IMG/VR virus record: IMGVR_UViG_3300033153_008530
Location: 23,012 to 87,011 of that record
Length of the DNA stretch: 64,000 bases
Direction: 5' to 3' (one strand)
Origin: a virus
Part shown: in pieces, positions 58,901-64,000 of the stretch
Position numbering within the stretch: position 1 is the stretch's first letter
Layout of the letters: every line of letters starts with the position of its first letter
Program-made: the position numbers and the translations under genes
The notes under the pieces: model-generated
Seen by the model: only the letters and a program-made list of their open reading frames with translations
Told to the model about the DNA's origin: nothing
Database searches by the model: none

Positions 58901-59215
58901 ATCATCTAAAGGAGCAAGCAATCTTTTAGCAGCAGGATTTCCATGCATGACTTCATAAGCAAATCTTGCCTTCATCATACCATCTAAGTTTGGTTCACCT
59001 CCTTCTTGTGCCAAAGGTGTTTCTCTTACAACATCTTCATCAAACTGATGTGTTCCTGAATAAGGTGGTAAAATTCTACCATTAGCCCATAATGGAATTC
59101 CAGTTTGAGACATGTCAATAGATCCATCAGGTGTATGAATATCTATATGAGATCTATCTCTATAAGGAGAATCATCTCTATATCCCATTTTTGATATGAA
59201 CTTCTTATTATGCAT
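52904..59215 (-). CDS. N-terminal part (2103 aa) of the split modular cargo gene
   Basis: Ten QxGG motifs delimit unrelated modules; the last ~18 residues are out-of-frame product of the duplication. Confidence 0.7.
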   Translation of the reverse strand: MHNKKFISKMGYRDDSPYRDRSHIDIHTPDGSIDMSQTGIPLWANGRILPPYSGTHQFDEDVVRETPLAQEGGEPNLDGMMKARFAYEVMHGNPAAKRLLAPLDDPYIFTGTEPYTTPEMAGNPGSHYMFSVDNYAVPSIQEGPDGQLFYNTDASPEDREAMRFDRPEDAQYFAEENYKRVSPLFRHNLDEEQDGGEYEELDLTDEEIEEYRRGGHVVEELPKTQFGGKFKLRTKPSNVSGYTNIRYPITTTVPFKPFTSSYKPRSIDWGHALREIPQGPYRSMPLIDKVQREGINHTLRLADEIRKLQSTLPSIKLNNEYDLGQFKKKYLQNKGLKQEDFKLLDDYVLDNNLFGEIQPIDLANSIHNDLTLPVTVQKLYKPKLDFRAKNKILSEVGVRGYRDFIQGNLEPQDTYLETYTPAEYRDSPNHEYAIYTINTPGTNVIGDKHFGNETTIPPLAPGHHAAAGPTTIAHMRGFKHLDDPTHFTVVEPQSDPMQPGKGGENIKEVLVPPKSWEEFKQDNNEFTVIHGTKRESRYFKRFGNDTWGVEKYRVEDGKKTLLGDASVMRDYEMREFYSHNAESITGTSNKNSNANKFLKLLQGNKGTKAKDRRYQKLNTYAYLQQLVKEGYTTIDLPLGEIATSTQGDRSEYIHDKQTTEDIIKLKKDNFNEIEKQESLLRQTKDKYKSVRIKYKEKMKDTKSSHDEIVQKYLDTKGYSLESLAKKYPDTFLAYNPDGSLSDKVGYQSFRDKDAELSKMVNDISSYLMLPDNISIAGTKSKGEVLAEDYFKMRYGEETEYRYIREERLEWFKKMTETIDKDSYKAYKTKVRENNKLTEIFSQKELEKNIEVARIKQLLEVLDPPIPEITIHQRNYDGSHKNFIQKEFKDWINIVTDEFGYKLMQIKVDPAFINKVNNIKLQKGGEIQKLQRGGGKGLKLVEPIHPPSYKNPFNLNAYRNFWFNAVNPVGYKKSHFKNIPSVYRENIKLNADERAMKTGEMLSQGAYNYALSQYKNDPIRAKDDYFITPERLENMRLATLKSGQSRVDAFRVGLGLDQQHNTFSLNPDGSYRINDFTPGQNSILGKDEYFNTLLSDMEHFNLLKQYPKEADALILNNELKGVQKNFNKRIAERAQDKLRRGETLSPQEQKAYFTYALSNSPGSESAYNPSQTVQKSLYPLDNPFATHSVYDEGHNIMGGYRWDVQPQIGKGSSGFDQTRFQYNDTWDLHPLQKSESKFIPKFLKDTDLLRFMGGKPFDIKGNYIIDNRTGNIVNQYQKGGSLLKTIGKKLFNVPSITGTRTSWSGVPQIYNPYFRKFDNISADLPYLEAMGGFANQSVNLWDDKYKQDLKVLNDKKLQIIDPEAYDIKVTDYDTEWWRKNYEHQVLEGKSKEKYQEEYTAWLQKNPTPISLEQMESLSYEGLANLVEQSKKIRDRNLQSFNLDLDKYNLQKELDVAESNAYSNVPLLKRLTNYYFGDPYYKNWNYWDNYNEQFKPMEDNIRQINKMHPEHDSYDAIKPLSDKYYDFKKYIYNPETHVDLNPDFEDPYLPVEQLGGEYMDLDLTEEQIQNFKNQGFEIDELPKAQKGGVIKPAVNNFLRKYHINEKGFTNTLDTRIAKQLIKDASHFGLTAVPTSKGTYYLSQDGNKPYNLAKLYKDWTVNGSTKELHELQTAYLESMGKTHDTRQMIEKYYKDAPVTSIHGSELRLQDYPQVGEIGMHNSSKLKKPEGLWYGKGNSWRDWSQYEMPEKFHGSNPFSLDLSYGHGPDKVVKLTRPESIVQFTDAFGKSLMPGVPLMSGIDWREVANRFGGVEISPYRELRDLSWSDDWSVDSGAVWNKRAIKGHQRIPGIDQSRPEWDFQKGGSVPKFQDGGGYYYIDPETKERVWVENVRNHSDRGYYDNKGEWHNQPLTISKFKNEEEFNAAQEYVEKDTQRIIQEEDQRNQRQALNEKYIKEHENAELVFNTDGTPKLTKGKDGKDYMTYKYKGDGSKKDAYNEVYKVSKKDAMFLRDPRDPDNPDKGSSTFYEDVIIVDKNDKPLYKNPTTLLSESEYGGIYGKYYGSDIPYIPGMTKEEVTSDPGLLEQVKYDKRGSNFRSRTTRTSKIL
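52909..53015. repeat. Perfect 52-bp tandem duplication
   Basis: 52909-52960 is identical to 52961-53012, plus a 3-bp ATA microhomology. Confidence 0.95.
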
Positions 59216-62200
59216 TATCTTGGTGAGAATTGATCTTTCTGATTAAATATTTTAAACCACATTTCTCTATTGGTCTGGTTCTTTCTTCTAAACTTAACCT
59301 TATTCATGTAATGTCTGAATTTTTTTCTTTGATGCGGGGCTTTTGCATAATCTAAATTGTTTTGATTTAGATTTCTTATGTAACCGTTATACTCAGTATC
59401 CCAAATTGGTTGTTGTGAGAAAGCTCCAAACTGATTTATAAACTCACCTCTATCTCGTGTGATATCCCAGAATTGGTTTAATCTATATCTTTGTTCAACT
59501 TTGTTATAAAGTATATCTATATCCTGAGTTGCTAAGTTCACCTGTGGAAAGTTAAGTAAGGCAGGTGCGTCATTCTTTGGTGCAAGGTTTAACTTTAATA
59601 ATCCAGATACTTGTTCTGTATTATATACAACTACCTCATCAAAATTATAATCTAGATCATGAAATTTGTCCATACATTCATTATCCCATATATAACATTC
59701 TAATAGATATTGAAAACTCTTAACAGTGTTTACTGTTTGTCCATATGGAATATCCATTTCAATTTCCCATCCATGCTGTATTCCGTAATATTCACCAAAA
59801 CTATCACATCTTACGTTATGTTTCCATATACCCTCATCTTTGGTTGTCATGAAAAGATTTCTACCAGGTAAAGATAAATCAGGATACCAATCATGGAATG
59901 ATATCCAATATCCTAATTTAGCATCATATGAAACAGTCCAACTTGCATCAATGAAATAAGTTGGATCACCTAATAAAAACTTATATCCAGTAGCCACCAC
60001 CATAAACTTAATTCCCCCTATCCATTCAATTGAACCAGGTACAACTCTAGGATGTAATTTGTAATCCTTTTTACAGAAATACATAATACCGTTACTGTTA
60101 TCATATATAGATTGACAACCTATACCAGCAACAGGATTAGATGTTATATCAAAATCTGGAAAGTCTTCAAGAAGTTTATATGGCATATATTGTTCAAACC
60201 ACCATTTCATTCCTTCAGCAGATATCTCATCAAGCTTGTTTGCAAAATGAAATATTTTTCCTTGATTCTGAGACATATAGAACATCCCTGCAGGAGTATT
60301 TGTAACACTTAGTCTGTCCTGACATGATCCAAATTCAAATGAAGGATCTGCATTAACTATATGTTGAATTGGTTGTGCAAATAGACCACCATCTCCAATT
60401 GTTAATTTTTGCTTCTGATCATACTTCCATGAATCTTCAGCAACAATTTTTGCAGGAGCTTGAGCATCAAATAGTATGTATGCACCACCTAGTCCCACTT
60501 GTCTGACTTCAGTGACCTTACTTGTAAAATCTCTATAGTTATTAACTAAATAGGAAGTCCAATTATCATATCTTAATTCTTTATGCTGTGGTAAAGAATA
60601 TATCATTCTGTTAGGCCAGTATGTAAAGCACTTCTCTGCCTTTTCAGGATCATAATCTCTATACTGTAGACTTCCCCATGATGCAAATTCCTGATAAAGT
60701 CTGGAAACACTTAATGAATAGTCATACTTATAATAGTTTCCTGCTTTAATGATGTCTGTTGCAAACAAGGTTGGAAGATCAGTCAGCTTTTGTGGATCAT
60801 AATATCTCTTTTCTGGAACATTATCCCAATCTCTTAAATCAATATTAATCTCACTCTCAATATAAAAGTCTCTTACACCACTATTAAATAAATAGAAGTA
60901 AGCTTCTTTAATCCAGAAAACGGAGTTTGCCCAACTATCCGCACTTGCATCTGGATCTGGCTTTGTTCCATCTCCTGTGTCATATAAACCCTCATTAAGA
61001 TTACTTCCTCTATCAAAGTTGTGAAAGTTACTTGGTACTATAGTTGAAAAATCCATGTTAAATAAACCAGATATAAATGTATCTGTATCAAAATCTTTTG
61101 AATCAAACCAATAAGTTGAATAAGGTAACATATACCTTAATCTATAATTAAATTCAAAACCATCTGGTTGATTAAACATCCAATCATAGAAATAGAACAT
61201 TGTGTTCTTTTCCGTATAACGTCCTATATATGTATCTCCTCCAAATACAACTCCTGATTCAACAACTGTATCTCCCTGATTAGCTAAAGTGTTATCATAC
61301 TTAAAATCAAAAACACAATTTGATGCAGGAACTTGAATAATACTATCTAATTGTCCGTACTGATTTCTTATTCTGTTTTTCATGGACGTGTAAAAAGCAG
61401 CACTATATGGTCCATCCTCAAAAGCATTTGACCAGGGAGATGTCAAAGTTATATCATCTCCATCATCACCCGCTTCTTCATCATAATTATAATAGTTTGA
61501 ACCTAAATCAGCTATTCTTAATCTTGACTTATCATCATCATCGTACTCATGATAAGGTTGAATATCGTTTGTAACCTGAAGTACAACAGCGTCTCCTCTA
61601 AATAAATTATTAATTCTGTATCTTTTAAATGTAGAAATACCTGTTGTAGGATCTAGTTTATCTGTATTAAAATCCTGTACATGATTATCCAGATAATTTG
61701 CTGCATTAATTAAACGTCTTGTTCCACATTTACTAGTTTCTCCTGGAGTATCGTGTATTCTATTATAAAAACAATGTGATCTTGCTGCTAAGGCATAATT
61801 CTTAAATGGAACTAAGTTTTTAATTAAACGTAAGGCTGCTTCAGTTCCTTCACACCAGTAATATGAAAGCATAGGAATATTAAATATCAATTTTTGTAAG
61901 CCACTAAATCCTCCTGAATTTTGTTCGTATTGAATTGCCCAATCTCCCAATTTTTTTAAATTCCATGTATGAGGAGCTCCACCAGTTATAGGAATGGCAT
62001 AAGCTCCATTTATTGCAGTATCAACGCCTTCTAGTGCACCACCAATTAATGTATCATTACCAGTTCCAAACATTGCACTTAATGATCCACTTATACTATT
62101 TATACCAGCTGTTGCAAGAGCCTGCGCTCCTCCTGCAGCTATATTTGCTGATGCTGTTCCAGCTAAAGCTGACGCACCTGGTCCACCTATTCCAGACCAA

Positions 62201-63999
62201 AAATTTGTTCTTACCCCTCCACCTGGTACAACTGGAGTAAAATTAGTTCCAGTAACAACACCTGTTGAAGGAACACCCAATATTGACCAAGTTCGCTGAC
62301 CTTGTGCTTCAGGATATTTAACTTTATTTGGAGATCTTGTTACATTTCTTTTACCCGTTAATGCTAAGAAGGCTGTTCCCAAACCAACAATAGCAGCCAC
62401 AATAAATGCAAAATTTGATAATACTTTATGTGAGGGATGGTCTTTTACAAGATCATAATTTCCTTCAACATCACCATGTAATAACATATTAATCTTGAGC
62501 TCATCAGCTCCTAAAAAGGGATGTCTGAAATTTGTATCTGCAGCATGAAAAGTGAATGTGTCTTTAAGGAAATTCCATTCATCTAAACCTAATTTATTAA
62601 TATCTGGATATGGTCTTTTAGTTGGATTATCTTTTCCTGGCATTTTCTCCCTGCTAAAAAACATATCCTCATGAAGATCATTATAGGGGTAATTTTGGAA
62701 TAAACCTGTTATGTTATCTTTAGCTACTTTATCCGCTAGTTTATACTGACGCATGTTGTTTATGATCCCTTTTGCAACAATTGTTTTATTACCTTCTCTT
62801 GAACCTCTTAATATCTCGTAACCAACAATACCCGGAATTGGATTTCCATCATTGTCTACAGGTGCTTGTATATTTTCAAATCTAACACCAATTACACGTA
62901 TTGGAGTTGTATCACCAGCATTAACTTCACTTTTAAAATGCGCAGCTTCAGGCATTGGGGCCATTGAACCACCTTGTGGATAAACACAATAATCAGGCAT
63001 CTTATGATGTCTTATGTTTTTACCACATAAATTCCCCCAAATATCTGGCATATTATCAGGATATTTTTCTGTTGACTCCCAATATCCCATGTCACCTTCA
63101 GCAATAACAGTTCCTTCTCTAGTCTCATATTCTGGTGTAAGAGGTGAGGGAAGAGATACCGCATTCATAAATGCTGTATTATAAACTTCCCAGAATTGAG
63201 GAGTATATCCCTGATCAATTTCAATTGCATTAAGACCATATGTAGGTACTACTTCTGCGTTATATGCTGCTCTTCCTGGAATATGATAAGAAGATGATTT
63301 ATCTGCTGTGTTATATATCCATCTAATAAAAAATGAATATTGTTCATCTCTTAAATAAGATGTTATATTACCACCCTTTTCATAATAGTCAGGAGGTAAC
63401 TCAACAGAAACCCATTTAACTTTAATATTATTTGCTCTTATTTGATAATTGAAATCAAATCTTGTTGTAGGAGCTACTCTTAAAAGATATTCTCCATTTC
63501 TATATATACCTTCAGATTTTTCATAGGATGGTCTTATAAGTGGTAAAAACTCTAAAGGAATGGTTTCTAAGTTCTCATTAAATCTGTCTATACTTATTGT
63601 TCCATAAGAAGTGCTATATGTCCCCATTCTCTTGGCAACAGTCTGTTGATTTACAACTCTTATTAAAACCAGTTCAAATTCATCATAGGTTTCATCAATA
63701 TTAGTTATTTCAATATCTAAAGAGCCATTAACATCTCTATGATCAAATAAAGCTTGAACATTTGAAGGAAGGGAATAGTCTGTAACACGCTGCTCATTTT
63801 TTGTATAGGCAATACATACTTGATAAGATCCATTAAGTAACTCTCCTCCATTTGGTCCCTGTGATACATATGTACAGGGCATTTGAGTTAATCTGGCTAA
63901 TCTTGTTTTTTCACAATCTAATTCTAAGGGATAAATAGGTTCACATACTATACAAGGACTCTCTTCTCCTCCCTCACCCACAGGTACGTCTTCACATAT
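59215..63999 (-). CDS. Large tail/stabilisation (nozzle/muzzle-like) virion protein, 5' end beyond window
   Basis: Frame open to the window edge; beta-rich and Cys-containing; GGDTYI and WTVSY..WISFHDWYP..IWKHN..YYG blocks resemble tail stabilisation proteins of crAss-like phages. Confidence 0.65.
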   Translation of the reverse strand: MCEDVPVGEGGEESPCIVCEPIYPLELDCEKTRLARLTQMPCTYVSQGPNGGELLNGSYQVCIAYTKNEQRVTDYSLPSNVQALFDHRDVNGSLDIEITNIDETYDEFELVLIRVVNQQTVAKRMGTYSTSYGTISIDRFNENLETIPLEFLPLIRPSYEKSEGIYRNGEYLLRVAPTTRFDFNYQIRANNIKVKWVSVELPPDYYEKGGNITSYLRDEQYSFFIRWIYNTADKSSSYHIPGRAAYNAEVVPTYGLNAIEIDQGYTPQFWEVYNTAFMNAVSLPSPLTPEYETREGTVIAEGDMGYWESTEKYPDNMPDIWGNLCGKNIRHHKMPDYCVYPQGGSMAPMPEAAHFKSEVNAGDTTPIRVIGVRFENIQAPVDNDGNPIPGIVGYEILRGSREGNKTIVAKGIINNMRQYKLADKVAKDNITGLFQNYPYNDLHEDMFFSREKMPGKDNPTKRPYPDINKLGLDEWNFLKDTFTFHAADTNFRHPFLGADELKINMLLHGDVEGNYDLVKDHPSHKVLSNFAFIVAAIVGLGTAFLALTGKRNVTRSPNKVKYPEAQGQRTWSILGVPSTGVVTGTNFTPVVPGGGVRTNFWSGIGGPGASALAGTASANIAAGGAQALATAGINSISGSLSAMFGTGNDTLIGGALEGVDTAINGAYAIPITGGAPHTWNLKKLGDWAIQYEQNSGGFSGLQKLIFNIPMLSYYWCEGTEAALRLIKNLVPFKNYALAARSHCFYNRIHDTPGETSKCGTRRLINAANYLDNHVQDFNTDKLDPTTGISTFKRYRINNLFRGDAVVLQVTNDIQPYHEYDDDDKSRLRIADLGSNYYNYDEEAGDDGDDITLTSPWSNAFEDGPYSAAFYTSMKNRIRNQYGQLDSIIQVPASNCVFDFKYDNTLANQGDTVVESGVVFGGDTYIGRYTEKNTMFYFYDWMFNQPDGFEFNYRLRYMLPYSTYWFDSKDFDTDTFISGLFNMDFSTIVPSNFHNFDRGSNLNEGLYDTGDGTKPDPDASADSWANSVFWIKEAYFYLFNSGVRDFYIESEINIDLRDWDNVPEKRYYDPQKLTDLPTLFATDIIKAGNYYKYDYSLSVSRLYQEFASWGSLQYRDYDPEKAEKCFTYWPNRMIYSLPQHKELRYDNWTSYLVNNYRDFTSKVTEVRQVGLGGAYILFDAQAPAKIVAEDSWKYDQKQKLTIGDGGLFAQPIQHIVNADPSFEFGSCQDRLSVTNTPAGMFYMSQNQGKIFHFANKLDEISAEGMKWWFEQYMPYKLLEDFPDFDITSNPVAGIGCQSIYDNSNGIMYFCKKDYKLHPRVVPGSIEWIGGIKFMVVATGYKFLLGDPTYFIDASWTVSYDAKLGYWISFHDWYPDLSLPGRNLFMTTKDEGIWKHNVRCDSFGEYYGIQHGWEIEMDIPYGQTVNTVKSFQYLLECYIWDNECMDKFHDLDYNFDEVVVYNTEQVSGLLKLNLAPKNDAPALLNFPQVNLATQDIDILYNKVEQRYRLNQFWDITRDRGEFINQFGAFSQQPIWDTEYNGYIRNLNQNNLDYAKAPHQRKKFRHYMNKVKFRRKNQTNREMWFKIFNQKDQFSPR

Positions 64000-64000
64000 G

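Larger units (their letters stand above)
50605..59215 (-). pseudogene. Single ancestral ~2852-codon modular cargo gene interrupted by a 52-bp duplication and one in-frame TGA (pseudogene, switchable gene or assembly artefact)
   Basis: 8611 nt minus 52 = 8559 nt = 2853 codons in one frame; the 64 codons after the TGA at 50800-50802 encode a motif repeated elsewhere in the same protein. Confidence 0.7.
1..64000. mobile_element. Bacteriophage genome segment, crAss-like (Crassvirales-related), probable Bacteroidota host
   Basis: Giant virion RNAP with DFDID motif flanked by giant zincin-containing proteins; DnaB/AAA/SSB/primase/PolB block on the opposite strand; dense coding; A/T-rich SD-less leaders; no host housekeeping genes or integrase seen. 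Confidence 0.85.

Noticed and set aside
15381-62240. Many 60-140 aa + strand ORFs antisense to the giant genes, plus short out-of-frame ORFs on the same strand
   Set aside because: Fully nested shadow ORFs with Phe/Ser/Leu/Ile-biased composition and no motifs; expected from the codon bias of the real genes.
13783-63999. Genome-wide stop-codon reassignment (TGA or TAG) as in some Crassvirales
   Set aside because: About 50 kb of late genes read through in the standard code with only one internal TGA, and TGA is a normal stop in early genes (5321, 5500, 7116).
1-64000. tRNA, rRNA, integrase or att sites
   Set aside because: Intergenic gaps are mostly too short and no cloverleaf or recombinase motifs were seen; a tRNA scan was not run.

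Overview
The whole window is a segment of an AT-rich lytic phage genome, most consistent with a crAss-like phage (Crassvirales or a relative) of a Bacteroidota host. Start codons generally lack Shine-Dalgarno sites and have A/T-rich leaders. The + strand (110-13645) is a replication/recombination block: a DnaA-domain-IV-like protein, a putative initiator, DnaB-like helicase, AAA ATPase, SSB-like protein, primase, RuvC-like resolvase, two paralogous unknowns, a PD-(D/E)xK exonuclease, family B DNA polymerase and a DUF932-like protein. It converges at a bidirectional terminator with a - strand virion block (13783-64000). That block holds a tail/stabilisation-like protein, three modular cargo proteins, a probable ejection protein and three giant proteins (1754, 3584 and 3086 aa); the middle giant is a single-chain virion RNA polymerase (DFDID motif). 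Three observations stand out. (1) The three giants contain only four cysteines in 8424 aa, all at the termini facing the neighbouring gene, suggesting a head-to-tail disulfide-linked ejection chain. (2) The cargo proteins are strings of modules separated by about 22 SUMO-like QxGG motifs, suggesting protease-processed polyproteins. (3) The largest cargo gene carries a frameshifting 52-bp tandem duplication, an A15 tract and one in-frame TGA. All family calls come from motif recognition by eye; no database searches were run.
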